A DNA stretch of 64,000 nucleotides from Nitrospirota bacterium (GCA_963740085.1 CAVUCU010000004.1:160001-224000); one strand, 5' to 3'; positions 47,379-58,903 are shown, counted from the stretch's first letter. The notes: generated by a model from the sequence alone, not told the origin. Program-made: numbers and translations.

Positions 47379-49209
47379 ATGTGCGGAATTATCGGATATA
47401 TCGGGAAAGAACCGGCAGTCCCCATCCTGATCGAGGGGCTCAAGAAACTTGAGTACCGGGGATACGACTCATCCGGTGTTGCCGTGCTTCAGGACGGGAA
47501 GATCGTGCTGCGCAGGGCGGTGGGCAAGCTGCAAAACCTGGAGACGCTGCTCAGGACGGAAACACTGAGCGGCAGCATCGGAGTTGGCCATGTCCGCTGG
47601 GCCACGCACGGGAGGCCGTCTGAAGAGAACGCGCATCCCCATCGCGCGGGCGGCACCGTGGTGGTCCACAACGGCATAATCGAGAACTACCTGGCGCTGA
47701 AGCAGAAGCTTTCTGCGCAGGGGTGTGTGTTTAAGTCAGAGACGGACACTGAAGTGATAGCCCATCTGATCGACAGCATCGTCCAAAAGGGGCTGTCCCT
47801 TGAAGACGCGGTGCGCGAGGCGGCCCGGCATCTGGAAGGCGCCTACGCGATCGCAGTGATCGATGAGCGAAATCCCGAGGTCGTGATCGGCGCGCGCAAG
47901 GGAAGCCCCCTTGTGGTAGGGCTCGGCCAGGGAGAATTCTTTCTCGCCTCCGATATCCCTGCGATCCTGCACCGAACCCGGGATGTGCTGTTCCTGAACG
48001 ACGATGAAATGGCGATCCTGTCCAATGAGGGAGTAAAGATCACCGATCTCAAGGGCGCGGAAATCCAGCGGGAGATCACCCGCGTGATGTGGAACCCGGT
48101 CATGGCAGAGAAGGGCGGTTACCGCCACTTCATGCTCAAGGAGATCTACGAACAGCCGCGCGCCATCATGGATACCATCCGGGGCAGATTTTCGCAGGAA
48201 ACGGGGACCATTCATCTCGAAGAGATCGGCCTTGCACACGAGCGGCTTCTCAGGGTAAAGAAAAATATTCATTGTCGCATGCGGCACGTCGTGGCATGCG
48301 GCGCTGGTTGGCAAGTACATGTTCGAGGAGCTCGCATCCATCCCGACCGAAGTCGATATCGCCTCCGAATTCCGCTACCGCAGCCCGCTGGTCGGCAAGG
48401 ATGACCTTTTCATCGCCATCACCCAGTCCGGCGAGACTGCCGATACGCTCGCGGCTATGCGCGAGGCAAAGAAGCGCGGCGCTACCGTCATTACAATCTG
48501 TAATGTCGTGGGCTCCACGGCGAGCCGCGAGGCTGATGGCGTGGTGTATACCCACGCGGGGCCCGAGATCGGGGTGGCTTCGACCAAGGCCTTTACCGCC
48601 CAGCTTGCGGCGCTCTACCTCTTCGGACTTTTTTTCGCATCGCTGCGAGGCAAACTGTCGGTTGATGAGATAAAACAGCGGCTCACCGATCTGGTGCACA
48701 TTCCCTCTCTGGTGGAACGCTGTCTTGAAGGGGATGCCGAGATCGAGGGGATCGCAAAACACTACTTCAAGTCCAGCGACTTTCTCTATCTCGGGCGGGG
48801 CCCCAACTTTCCCGTGGCGCTCGAGGGAGCGCTCAAACTGAAGGAGATCTCATACATCCACGCGGAAGGTTATCCCGCGGGTGAAATGAAGCACGGGCCG
48901 ATCGCCCTCATCGACGAGAACATGCCTGTTGTGGTGCTCGCGGGCAAGAACGGCGTATACGACAAGATCCTGTCGAATATTGAAGAGGTGAAGGCCAGGG
49001 GCGGGATCGTGATCGGGGTCATAACCGAGGGAGACAGGGAGATCATAAAGAAGATCAACCATTCGATACCAGTGCCGGCGACCAACCAGCTGCTCATGCC
49101 GATCCTCCTGACCATACCGCTTCAACTTCTGGCGTATCACGTCGCGGTGCTGCGCGGCGCGGATGTGGACCAGCCGAGGAACCTGGCAAAGAGCGTAACA
49201 GTGGAGTGA
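47379..49209 (+). CDS. glmS: glutamine-fructose-6-phosphate aminotransferase, split by a +1 frameshift in the A5 run at 48261-48265
   Basis: [23 protein letters not shown]; second frame IFIVACGTS...SQSGET-like TQSGET...[11 protein letters not shown]. Confidence 0.95.
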
Positions 49210-49225
49210 CGGCGGACTGGAGTGA

Positions 49226-49332
49226 TTGCAAAATGCAAAAGGTAAAATGCAAAGTGCAAAATGGGGAGGCTTGTTCCAATTCTGAATATAAAATTTCGAA
49301 TTTCAGTTTCCAATTTGACATTCGCATAATTT
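49226..49332. repeat. heptamer-built palindrome (AAAATGC units)
   Basis: TGCAAAA TGCAAAA GGTAAAA TGCAAAG TGCAAAA, then degenerate ATTTCGA/ATTTGAC units. Confidence 0.7.
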
Positions 49333-49340
49333 GACTTACT

Positions 49341-51568
49341 ATGGATTATCTTGACAATTTGAACCCTCCTCAGCTCGAGGCGGTCCTGTATGGAGATGGG
49401 CCGCTGCTGATCCTTGCGGGCGCCGGGAGTGGAAAGACGCGGGTGATCACGTGCCGGATCGCACACCTGATCCGCGAGCGGGGCGTTGACGCCGGAAATA
49501 TCCTCGCGGTCACATTCACGAACAAGGCTGCCAACGAGATGAGGGGGCGGGTGGAGCGGATGCTTGATGTCCCGCTTAACCGGCTCTGGATCAGCACGTT
49601 CCATTCGGCCTGTGTCAGGATCCTGCGGCAGCACATTGACCGTCTGGGGTATAAGCGGTCGTTCGTGATCTACGACGAGACCGATCGTTCATCCTTGATC
49701 AGGGCCTGCATGGCCGATCTGCGGATCGACACCGAGCAGTACCAGCCGCGGGCGATCGGAGCCCGCATCAGCGCCCTCAAGAACAATCTGACCGATGCAG
49801 AGCAATTCGAAAAAGCGAGCGCTCATTTCGGGTTTGAGGAGGCCGTTTCACGGACGTACTCGCTGTATCAGGAGCAGCTCAGAGGATCAAACGGCCTTGA
49901 CTTCGACGACCTGCTCATGCTGAGCGTAAGGCTTTTTGAACAGCATCAGGATGTGCTCGGTTACTATCAGGGTCTGTTTCACCATATCCTGATCGATGAA
50001 TATCAGGATACGAACCATGCCCAGTACCGGCTTGTCCGGCTTTTAACCATGCGGCGAATAGAATCTCTGCGTCGTGGGGGACGACGACCAGAGCATTTAC
50101 AAGTTTCGCGGCGCCGATATCGCGAATATCCTGAATTTTGAAAAGGATTATCCTGCTGCAAAGGTCATCAAGCTCGAACAGAACTACCGCTCCACCGGAA
50201 ACATCCTTGGCGCGGCAGGCGCGGTGGTTGCGCGAAACCTCGGCAGAAAACCAAAGGAGCTCTGGACCCAAAAGCCCGGCGGCGACAAGATCCTCTGCTA
50301 CAAGGCCATCGACGAGAAGGACGAGGCCCGTTTCATCTGCCGGACCATCCAGCAGGAAGTGGACGAAGGCCGAAGCCTGCGCCAGATCGCGGTGCTCTAT
50401 CGCACGAACGCCCAGTCACGCGCTCTCGAAGACGCGCTGCGCAATTGGGGAACGCCGTACCGGATCTTCGGCGGCCTGCGGTTCTACGATCGCAAAGAGA
50501 TCAAGGACATCATCGCCTATTTGCGGGTGCTGCAGAATCCCGCGGACATTGTCAGCCTGCGAAGGATCATCAATGTCCCTGCGCGCGGCATCGGCGATAC
50601 CACGGTGGACAAACTGGAGCGCGCGGCAGCGGCAGCCGGGGTGTCATTGTATCAGGCCGCACGGGATGCGGATACCACCGATATCACTCCGGCGGCGAAG
50701 AAAAAGCTCCGGGCGTTCGTCGTCATGATGGACCGGATGCGAGATGATCTCGGGACGATGACGCTCACGGAGCTGGTCAGGAGGGTAATCCTCGAAGCCG
50801 GATATGGCGCGGCGCTCGATCAGGAGAAAACCATTGAGTCCCGCATCAGGCTTGAGAACCTGAACGAGCTCATGACTGCAACCGAGGACTTCCAGGAACA
50901 GAACCACGATGGATCGTTGCCGGCTTTTTTGGACCAGGTGGCGCTTATCACCGATCTGGAACAGCAGACCGCGGTTGATGGCAAGCGCGTAAACACCGAT
51001 ACAGTGACGCTCATGACCCTGCATAATGCCAAGGGTCTTGAGTTCGCACTGGTGTTCCTTGCCGGCATGGAAGAGGGGTTGTTCCCTCATTCCCGGTCAG
51101 CCGAGAGCGAGGAAGAGCTTGAAGAAGAACGCCGGCTCTGCTATGTCGGCATCACCCGGGCCAAGGAACGGCTGATCCTCACTCACGCCGTGGAGCGCAG
51201 GCTCTACGGTTATCCGCAGGCCAATCTCGTTTCGCGGTTTGTCCAGGAGATCCCGGAGCGAGGCAATGGACTTTGCGGGCATTGAACGATCAACACTCTC
51301 TGTATCGCGGGACCGCGCTCCATGGAACGCTGCTTTGTACGGCACTGCCCCGGTCGCACACGAGTTGATCCCCTCGTCTCCTCCGTCGCCGAAATCCGGT
51401 GTCGCCGGATCTTACTACAAAGGGGCGGTAGTGAAGCATGCCAAGTTCGGACTTGGCACGATACAGCGGTCCGAGGGAGAGGGAGACGACCTGAAGATAA
51501 GCGTGAGCTTTCCCGGGTATGGAGTAAAGACGCTGGCGGTGAAGTTCGCAAAATTGGAAGTAGTTTAA
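49341..51568 (+). CDS. pcrA: ATP-dependent DNA helicase PcrA/UvrD, two +1 frameshifts (about 50059 and 51255)
   Basis: AGAGSGKT, TFTNKAA, DEYQDTN | NLCVVGDDDQSIY, QNYRS, TLHNAKGLEF, EERRLCYVGITRA | C-terminal HAKFGLG domain. Confidence 0.92.
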
Positions 51569-51611
51569 ATGCAGGAGTCAGTAGTCAGGTGACAGGGGTC
51601 AGGAGCAACGA

Positions 51612-51899
51612 ATGAAGATCACAAAACAGGAAGTCGAACACGTGGCGAAGCTTGCCCGGCTGGAGCTTTCGGAACAGGAAAAAGAGAAACTCACTGATCA
51701 GCTTTCGAACATTCTTACCTATGTCGAGAAACTGAACGAGCTTGATACCACTGGTGTGGAACCCACGTCCCATGTTCTTGATATCAACAACGTGATGCGC
51801 GACGATGCAGTGGAAGAGAGCTTGACCCAGGAGAGGGCGCTGGCTAATGCCCCGGAAAAGGCCGCAGGGCATTACAAGGTGCCGAAGATCATTGAATAG
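51612..51899 (+). CDS. gatC: Asp/Glu-tRNA amidotransferase subunit C
   Basis: VEHVAKLARL, LDTTGVEPT, MRDD, VPKII. Confidence 0.96.
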   Translation: MKITKQEVEHVAKLARLELSEQEKEKLTDQLSNILTYVEKLNELDTTGVEPTSHVLDINNVMRDDAVEESLTQERALANAPEKAAGHYKVPKIIE

Positions 51900-51994
51900 C
51901 GCATTACGTCGGGATGAGTGAGAGTCGAGAGGAGTAAGGAGTGAAGTGCTTTTTCTGAACCCTGAATCCTGCCCCCTGTTATTAAAGGAGAACC

Positions 51995-52372
51995 ATGTTC
52001 AGATTGATGCTTCGTTCAAAGATTCACCGCGCAACCGTGACGGACGCGAACCTTGAGTACGAAGGCAGCCTGACCGTCGACCCCATCCTTCTCGAGGCTG
52101 CCGACATGCTTCCCTACGAGCAGGTGCGGGTTTCGAACCTCAATAACGGAGAACGCTTCGAGACGTACCTTATCCCGGGCAAGCGTGGTTCGGGAGATAT
52201 GTGCCTGAACGGGCCGACGGCACGGAAAGGCGCGAAAGGAGACAAGATCATCGTCTTCTGTTACGAATATTATAATGAGCAGGAGCTCAAGGCCTTCAAA
52301 CCGAATATTGTGTCGGTGGATGAACGGAACAACATCGTTTCCGTCGGCCATACCATTAAGGCCAAGGAGTAA
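51995..52372 (+). CDS. panD: aspartate 1-decarboxylase
   Basis: [12 protein letters not shown] cleavage site, NGERFETY. Confidence 0.95.
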   Translation: MFRLMLRSKIHRATVTDANLEYEGSLTVDPILLEAADMLPYEQVRVSNLNNGERFETYLIPGKRGSGDMCLNGPTARKGAKGDKIIVFCYEYYNEQELKAFKPNIVSVDERNNIVSVGHTIKAKE

Positions 52373-52374
52373 GC

Positions 52375-53835
52375 ATGGAGTTATACGACCTCACCATTCA
52401 TGAACTGCAGGACATGCTGAAGAAGGGCGAGACCACCGCCAGTACCGTGACCGAGTCCGTTCTGGACAGGATACGGTCCGTCGACGACAAGGTCAAGGCA
52501 TACATCTCCGTGACCGGTCGAGCTTTGGCGCTGGCCGAGGCCGCTGAGGCCGACACCCGGAGAAAATCCGGGAACACCGCAGCGCTCCTCGGCATTCCCC
52601 TCGCGATCAAAGACAACATGTGCACCGAGGGGATCAAGACGACCTGCGCTTCGAAAATTCTTGCTAATTTCATACCGCCCTATGACGCAACCGTGGTCCG
52701 AAAGCTGAAGCAAGCCGGGTCCCTGATCTGCGGCAAACCGAACATGGATGAATTTGCAATGGGATCTTCGACCGAGAACTCGGGCTTTTTCGTTACCAGG
52801 AATCCCTGGAATCTCGAACATATTCCCGGAGGTTCGAGTGGAGGATCTGCCGCCGCCGTGGCGGCGGGCGAGTGTATCGCGGCGCTCGGTTCGGACACGG
52901 GCGGGTCAATCCGACAGCCGGCCGCGTGCTGCGGGGTCGTGGGACTCAAACCGACCTACGGGCGGGTGTCCCGGTACGGTCTCGTGGCATTCGCGTCATC
53001 GCTCGACCAGATCGGCCCTATCGCCAAAGACGTGACGGATGCGGCGATCCTCATGAACATCATCGCCGGGCATGATCCCCGGGATTCCACCTCCGCGAAC
53101 ATCGCGGTGCCGGATTTTACCCTGGCGCTCAAAAGGGACGTCACGGGGATGAAGGTCGGCATTCCGAGGGAATATTTCATCGAGGGCATGGACCCCGAGG
53201 TGGACCAGGCAGTGCGGGACGCGGTAAAGACGTTGGAAGGACTCGGCGCTACGGTCAAGGAAGTCACGCTTCCGCATACCGCTTATGCCGTGGCGACCTA
53301 CTATATCCTCGCGACATCCGAGGCAAGCTCGAACCTCGCACGCTACGACGGCGTGAAATACGGGGTCCGCGCTGAAGGCGCAAAGGACCTTCTCGATATG
53401 TATATGAAGTCGCGCAGCCAGGGATTCGGACCGGAGGTCAAGCGCAGGATCATGCTCGGGACCTACGCGCTTTCAGCCGGATATTACGACGCCTACTATA
53501 AAAAAGGCCAGCAGGCGAGGACGCTCATCAAACGCGATTTCGACGAGGCATTCAAGTCCGTGGACATCATTGCCACGCCCACTGCGCCGACCGCGGCGTT
53601 CAAGATCGGCGAGAAGTCGGCTGATCCTCTCCAGATGTACCTGTCGGACATCTTCACGATCAGCGTGAATCTGGCGGGCATCCCGGGGATCTCGATACCC
53701 TGCGGGTTCACGAAGAACAATCTCCCCGTCGGGCTTCAGCTGCTGGGACGGCATTTTGATGAGGAGTCTGTCCTGCATGCGTCATTCGCGTATGAACAGG
53801 CGACGGAGTGGCACATGCGAAGGGCGAAGCTTTGA
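52375..53835 (+). CDS. gatA: Asp/Glu-tRNA amidotransferase subunit A
   Basis: Amidase signature [31 protein letters not shown]. Confidence 0.97.
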   Translation: MELYDLTIHELQDMLKKGETTASTVTESVLDRIRSVDDKVKAYISVTGRALALAEAAEADTRRKSGNTAALLGIPLAIKDNMCTEGIKTTCASKILANFIPPYDATVVRKLKQAGSLICGKPNMDEFAMGSSTENSGFFVTRNPWNLEHIPGGSSGGSAAAVAAGECIAALGSDTGGSIRQPAACCGVVGLKPTYGRVSRYGLVAFASSLDQIGPIAKDVTDAAILMNIIAGHDPRDSTSANIAVPDFTLALKRDVTGMKVGIPREYFIEGMDPEVDQAVRDAVKTLEGLGATVKEVTLPHTAYAVATYYILATSEASSNLARYDGVKYGVRAEGAKDLLDMYMKSRSQGFGPEVKRRIMLGTYALSAGYYDAYYKKGQQARTLIKRDFDEAFKSVDIIATPTAPTAAFKIGEKSADPLQMYLSDIFTISVNLAGIPGISIPCGFTKNNLPVGLQLLGRHFDEESVLHASFAYEQATEWHMRRAKL

Positions 53836-53840
53836 TTTTT

Positions 53841-53935
53841 ACCACAGAGACACTGAGGACACGGAGAAATACAGAGGAGCAGCAGGTGGGAATATCAAAG
53901 GATGTTTTTGCTCCGTGTCTCTGTGCCTCCGTGGT
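53841..53935. repeat. palindromic element, ACCACAGAG family (three 9-nt units per arm)
   Basis: ACCACAGAGACACTGAGGACACGGAG ... CTCCGTGTCTCTGTGCCTCCGTGGT. Confidence 0.8.
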
Positions 53936-53959
53936 GGAATTTTCTGAAAGGATGTTGCA

Positions 53960-55396
53960 ATGAAATACGAGTCGGTCATCGGTCTGGAAGTGCATGCACA
54001 GCTCCAGACCAATACGAAAATATTCTGCGGATGCGAGACAAAATTCGGCGAGGAGGCGAACACGAGGACGTGCCCGGTCTGCATCGGCATGCCCGGGGTG
54101 TTGCCGGTATTGAACGGGAAGGCCGTGGAATACGCGGTCAAGACGGGTCTTGCCACTCACAGCACCATCAGCACGTTCAGCCGGTTCGCGCGAAAGAACT
54201 ATTTCTACCCCGACCTCCCCAAGGGCTACCAGATATCCCAGTACGAATTGCCGATCTGTGAGCATGGGTATGTCGAGATCGTCGTCGATGGAGCGGTCAA
54301 GCGCATCGGGCTTACGCGCATCCATCTCGAAGAGGATGCCGGGAAGAACCTTCATCAGGCCGAGAGCGGGGCGAGTCTTGTGGACCTGAACCGCGCGGGC
54401 ACGCCGCTGATGGAGATCGTGTCCGAACCGGATATCCGGACGCCGGAAGAAGCGTCCGAATATCTTCAGAAACTCCGCGCGATCCTGCGTTACATCGAGG
54501 TCTCGGACGCCGACATGGAGAAGGGGAACTTCCGGTGCGATGCCAACGTCTCGATCCGTCCGGTCGGCGCAAAGGAATTCGGAACCCGGGCGGAGATCAA
54601 GAACGTAAACTCCTTCAAGTTCGTGCAGAAGGCGATCGAATACGAGATCAAACGGCAGGCACAGATCCTTGATGAAGGGGGCAGGGTGGTGCAGGAGACC
54701 CGGCTCTTCGACTCGAACAAGGGGGTCACCTTCTCGATGCGAAGCAAGGAGGAGGCGCACGATTATCGCTATTTCCCGGAGCCCGATCTCGTGCCGGTTG
54801 TCGTTTCCCGGGCCGCGATCGAAGAGATCCGCAAGACGATACCGGAACTGCCTGATGCGCGTCGCGGGCGGTTTGTCAAAGAATATCATTTGCCGGAGTA
54901 TGATGCGGACATGCTGACCCAGTCACGCGCAATGGCCGGCTATTTTGAAGATACGGTAAAAATCACCGGCGGGAATCACGCAAAAGAAGTATCTAATTGG
55001 ATATTGGGTGAGCATTTAAGATTGCTCAATATGGACAATAGAGATATCAGTAATTCTCCCGTGACGCCTTCCATGAGCGCAGGCGTCATCGATCTAATAA
55101 TAAAGGGAACGATAAGCAATAAGATAGCCAAGACTGTTTTCGAGGAGATGTACAAGAGTGGTAAGGATGCCTGGTCGGTCGTGCAGGAGAAAGGTCTCCT
55201 CCAGGTGTCCGACACCGGTGCCATCGATACGATCATCGATGAGGTGATCAAAGCGAACCCCGCGCAGTACGCCGACTACAAGGCAGGCAAGGATAAGCTT
55301 TTCACTTTTTTCGTGGGGCAGGTGATGAAGGCCAGCAAGGGCAAGGCTAATCCGGATAAGGTGAATCAGCTGCTCAAAAAGAAACTGAGCGAATGA
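53960..55396 (+). CDS. gatB: Asp/Glu-tRNA amidotransferase subunit B
   Basis: [45 protein letters not shown]. Confidence 0.97.
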   Translation: MKYESVIGLEVHAQLQTNTKIFCGCETKFGEEANTRTCPVCIGMPGVLPVLNGKAVEYAVKTGLATHSTISTFSRFARKNYFYPDLPKGYQISQYELPICEHGYVEIVVDGAVKRIGLTRIHLEEDAGKNLHQAESGASLVDLNRAGTPLMEIVSEPDIRTPEEASEYLQKLRAILRYIEVSDADMEKGNFRCDANVSIRPVGAKEFGTRAEIKNVNSFKFVQKAIEYEIKRQAQILDEGGRVVQETRLFDSNKGVTFSMRSKEEAHDYRYFPEPDLVPVVVSRAAIEEIRKTIPELPDARRGRFVKEYHLPEYDADMLTQSRAMAGYFEDTVKITGGNHAKEVSNWILGEHLRLLNMDNRDISNSPVTPSMSAGVIDLIIKGTISNKIAKTVFEEMYKSGKDAWSVVQEKGLLQVSDTGAIDTIIDEVIKANPAQYADYKAGKDKLFTFFVGQVMKASKGKANPDKVNQLLKKKLSE

Positions 55397-55447
55397 AGGG
55401 TTCCAAAAGAGTGAATCCAAAATAAAAATTTACAGGGGGATTTTGAG

Positions 55448-56140
55448 ATGCTTGAATCAATTCACAAACACATGAGCTGGATAATGTGGGCCATCGTGGT
55501 CCTGATCACCGTGACCTTTCTTTTCTTCGGGATCTATCCATCTGATATCGGCGGCAGGTCGGTAGCAAAGGTCGACGGGGACGTGATCACTGCCGATGAA
55601 CTCAACAGGGTATATCAGACCATGTATGATAATTATAAGCAGCTGCTCAAGGACCAGTTCAACGCGTCATTTGCCAAAACCCTGAAGTCGCAGGCCCTGC
55701 AGGAACTGATCGGGGGAAAACTGCTTGTTCAGGAGGCCGAACGCATCGGTCTGCGGGTCAGCGATCAGGAGCTTCAGAACGCGATCATGAAGACGCCTTC
55801 CTTTATCAGGGACGGCAGGTTCGATAAGAAAATCTATGAACGCATCCTCGATCAGATCAATATGAAGCCGGCCGCTTTTGAGGCAAGCCAGCGGGAGTTC
55901 CTGCTCAGGCAGAAACTGGAGCGGCTCGTGAGAGACAGTGTCATGGTAACTGACGCTGAACTGGCCGCTGCCTATCGGCAGAAATATCCCAAGGCAAAGC
56001 CCGGCGATTTCGAGAAGAACAGGGAAACATTCAAAGAGACGCTCCTTGCGGAAAAGCAGAGAGACGAGATGACTGCGTATCTGAGGGGGATCCAGAGCAG
56101 GACGCCGATCAAGATCTACGATAAAGCTGCTTCATTATAA
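55448..56140 (+). CDS. SurA N-terminal domain membrane chaperone (PpiD-like, no PPIase domain)
   Basis: N-terminal TM helix, VAKVDG, LLVQEAERIGL.VSD. Confidence 0.82.
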   Translation: MLESIHKHMSWIMWAIVVLITVTFLFFGIYPSDIGGRSVAKVDGDVITADELNRVYQTMYDNYKQLLKDQFNASFAKTLKSQALQELIGGKLLVQEAERIGLRVSDQELQNAIMKTPSFIRDGRFDKKIYERILDQINMKPAAFEASQREFLLRQKLERLVRDSVMVTDAELAAAYRQKYPKAKPGDFEKNRETFKETLLAEKQRDEMTAYLRGIQSRTPIKIYDKAASL

Positions 56141-56243
56141 GGTGCGGCATTTGAGGGGGCCGGAGGGTTGGATGGCCGGGGGGCGTGAACGCCTTCTCAG
56201 CGTCTGACCCTCCCTTCCGCAGACATTTAAATCATCTCCCCGC

Positions 56244-56972
56244 TCAAATATTCGAATTCCATTCCAGGTCTCCTGTCACTTCCCATTGAATGAAATTTCT
56301 GATCTTCAGCAGGGCGTCTTCCCGGATGTCGACAAAACGAAGACCCATGCCCGGTTCACACTCGAACTGGGTGCCGAGCGGCAGGGCGCGGACCACTTTC
56401 GCAGAGAGTTCTATCGTCTCGGTATCATGGGGGAGCGTAAACTTGATATGAATGAGCGAGTCTTCCGGCAGCGGTTGCAGAGTACGAAGATACATCCCGC
56501 TTTCCGACAGATTCACACTGGCCAGCACATTTTCCGGCGTTCCTTCCGTTATTTCCACGTGTACGCGCATCTTGACGGTGACGCGCGGTGTCGTCCTCGG
56601 CTGTCCGCTGAGACGCGCCATCACCCCGTACATGATCGCCAGGTCCAGTGGTTTCGTCAGTACGGCCGAGCAGCCCCTGTCCAGCAGCTTCTGGTTGATC
56701 CCTGGATCATCATCGGTTATAAAAACGACCAGAGGCAGGTCTTTCAGTTCAGGGTCGGACCTGAGCAGGGTGATGGCGGTATATAATTCAGGTTCCGCCA
56801 CGTCTCCGTCAAAAAGGATCAGATCGAAGGGCTCCTTCCGGGCAATGCGGATCCCTTCATCCGGGGTCGCGGCAAGGACGGGGGAGAACCAGATACGGTT
56901 CATGAGAATGCCCAAATACATCTGACCTGCGGCAGTATGGCAGATTATGAGGACCTGTTTTTTTTCAGACAT
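56244..56972 (-). CDS. receiver plus PilZ domain protein
   Basis: REC (DLILFD...KP) followed by RTTPR and NLSESG c-di-GMP motifs, GMGLRF. Confidence 0.85.
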   Translation of the reverse strand: MSEKKQVLIICHTAAGQMYLGILMNRIWFSPVLAATPDEGIRIARKEPFDLILFDGDVAEPELYTAITLLRSDPELKDLPLVVFITDDDPGINQKLLDRGCSAVLTKPLDLAIMYGVMARLSGQPRTTPRVTVKMRVHVEITEGTPENVLASVNLSESGMYLRTLQPLPEDSLIHIKFTLPHDTETIELSAKVVRALPLGTQFECEPGMGLRFVDIREDALLKIRNFIQWEVTGDLEWNSNI

Positions 56973-57033
56973 GAACTGCTCCCTTCGGCGCATGGGTAAT
57001 CAGCCTAGATTAAACCATGGATGGGTACTGATG

Positions 57034-58428
57034 TCAACCTTTCAAATCGGCAAGTTCCGCTAAAAGCAGGATAAGACTGCGGCAGCCTTTTTCCCAATCA
57101 GAGATCAGCAGGCTTTCGTTTTCCGAATGGGCAGCGGAGCCGGGATCGCCGACCCCGAAGAGCAGGGCAGGCGCGCCGCCGAGCGCATCGGTGATGGTCC
57201 GGACAAACGGGATCGATCCGCCGGCGCCAACCACCGCGGGCGTTTCTCCATAGCCTTTTTCGAGTGCCCTCCGCGCTGCTATAAATGCGGGACCGGTCGT
57301 ATCTGTTCTCCACCACCGGGAGGGCGTCTCGGGCTCGATCGTGACGTGTACACCCCAGGGCGCTTGTTTCAGCAGATGTTCTTTGAGCAGTCCCAGTGTT
57401 TCGTCGGGGTCCATATCGGGAACCGTGCGGATGCCGACACGCGCCCAGGCCGCGTCGTTGATGATGTTTGCCGCCTGTTTGCGGCTGCTGGCTTCGATCG
57501 CATTGACGGAGATGGACGGTTGATGCCACATTTTATCATATACCGATCGTTCGTTGCCGATGATCCGCACACCTTCAAGGAGCTTCGCCTGTTCCCGGTA
57601 TGTTGATTCCGCAAAGGGAAGGTTGTTCAGGTCCGCTTGTTCCTGCGGAGACCGGGCGCGCACCTTGTCTACTATCCCGGCGATTGCGGGTTTCCCCTGG
57701 TCGTCCACGAGGGACGCAAGCATTTTTGAGAGGGCGAGCACCGGATCGGGCAGCGGGCCGCCCCAGGTGCCTGAATGGACGCTTGATAAAAGCGAGCGAA
57801 CCTCCACGTTCACGGTCACGATGCCCCGGAGCGACGCGGTGAGTGAAGGAATGCCGCTGTCGAAATTCTCGCTGTCGGCGATCAGGACCACATCTGCGGA
57901 CAAAAGCCCCCGGTGTCTCTCAATCAGCTTGTTCAGATTCGTTGACCCCACCTCTTCTTCTCCTTCGATCAGGACCTTGACGTTGATCGGCAGGCTGTTG
58001 CCAGCAGCGAGGCTGGACGCTATTGCAGCGGCGTACATCACCACGCCCCCTTTGTCGTCTGATACACCCCGACCATAGAGCCTTCCCTCCCGCTCCGATG
58101 GTTCGAAGGGCGGTGTGGTCCAGAGTTTTTCACGGCCGACGGGCTGGACGTCGTAGTGGGCGTACAGGAGGATGGTGGGTTTGCCCGGGGCGCCGATCCA
58201 TTGACCGAACACGGCGGGAGAACCGGCGCCCGAATCGAGGATGCGCACGTCCGCAAGGCCGCATTTCATCAGGAGCGCCCTGACAACCTCGGAGCAGCGC
58301 TTCAGCGGCGCCGGGTCGAATCCGGGGAAACTGATGCTGGGAATGCGAACGAGGTCTTTGAGGTCGTTCAGATGTTCCGGGGCATGAACCTTAAAATGTT
58401 CCAGTGCAGCTGCAGGGAAATTATCCAT
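57034..58428 (-). CDS. M20 family metallo-dipeptidase
   Basis: YAHYDVQP, GRGVSDDKG, EGEEEVGS, GGSIP, AHSENES. Confidence 0.93.
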   Translation of the reverse strand: MDNFPAAALEHFKVHAPEHLNDLKDLVRIPSISFPGFDPAPLKRCSEVVRALLMKCGLADVRILDSGAGSPAVFGQWIGAPGKPTILLYAHYDVQPVGREKLWTTPPFEPSEREGRLYGRGVSDDKGGVVMYAAAIASSLAAGNSLPINVKVLIEGEEEVGSTNLNKLIERHRGLLSADVVLIADSENFDSGIPSLTASLRGIVTVNVEVRSLLSSVHSGTWGGPLPDPVLALSKMLASLVDDQGKPAIAGIVDKVRARSPQEQADLNNLPFAESTYREQAKLLEGVRIIGNERSVYDKMWHQPSISVNAIEASSRKQAANIINDAAWARVGIRTVPDMDPDETLGLLKEHLLKQAPWGVHVTIEPETPSRWWRTDTTGPAFIAARRALEKGYGETPAVVGAGGSIPFVRTITDALGGAPALLFGVGDPGSAAHSENESLLISDWEKGCRSLILLLAELADLKG

Positions 58429-58568
58429 ATCCAGAGCAACCCTTCGTAAGCAAACTGACGCCGTGATCATGAGTTTCCGAACACGCCAACGATGACATTA
58501 TACCGGACAGGAATGTGTTGTCAACGGATGTTTGAACCCGGCATGCCGGATGTCTGATAAACGATGCG

Positions 58569-58597
58569 TTGACGAAATCGGAAAATCACGCTATACT
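58569..58597 (+). promoter_or_regulatory. near-consensus sigma70 promoter
   Basis: TTGACG-N17-TATACT. Confidence 0.65.
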
Positions 58598-58636
58598 CAG
58601 CGGCAATCGGTCATCAGGAAGCGGAGGGGTCATCGC

Positions 58637-58903
58637 ATGGAACGGAAGGCGCCGAATTCTTCCCGGGGTTATCAAAAGAAGATCCACAAAAACATCCGGC
58701 TGCCGTTCCCCTCTGAAAAAAAAGCTCACGATTATTCATCAGCGATCGCAAAGAAGATACCTCTTGTCATGGACGCGTTATCGAGAGCAGACAGCGGCGT
58801 TGTGCAGAAGTTCATCGAAGACAAGAGGCGGGGAAAAATCGTTTCGCTCTTGTTGTGCAGGACAAGTCGGTCACCATTCTTCCGTAAAATGCATCGTGAT
58901 TGA
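58637..58903 (+). CDS. hypothetical basic protein, 88 aa
   Basis: GGAGG SD and ATG directly downstream of the promoter; no recognised motif. Confidence 0.4.
   Translation: MERKAPNSSRGYQKKIHKNIRLPFPSEKKAHDYSSAIAKKIPLVMDALSRADSGVVQKFIEDKRRGKIVSLLLCRTSRSPFFRKMHRD

Noticed and set aside
48255-48270. Programmed ribosomal frameshift in glmS
   Set aside because: No known recoding in glmS, and neighbouring genes carry similar +1 indels at non-slippery sites, pointing to sequence error.
49170-49340. attTn7 downstream of glmS
   Set aside because: No Tn7 ends or tns genes; pcrA follows directly, so the site is empty.
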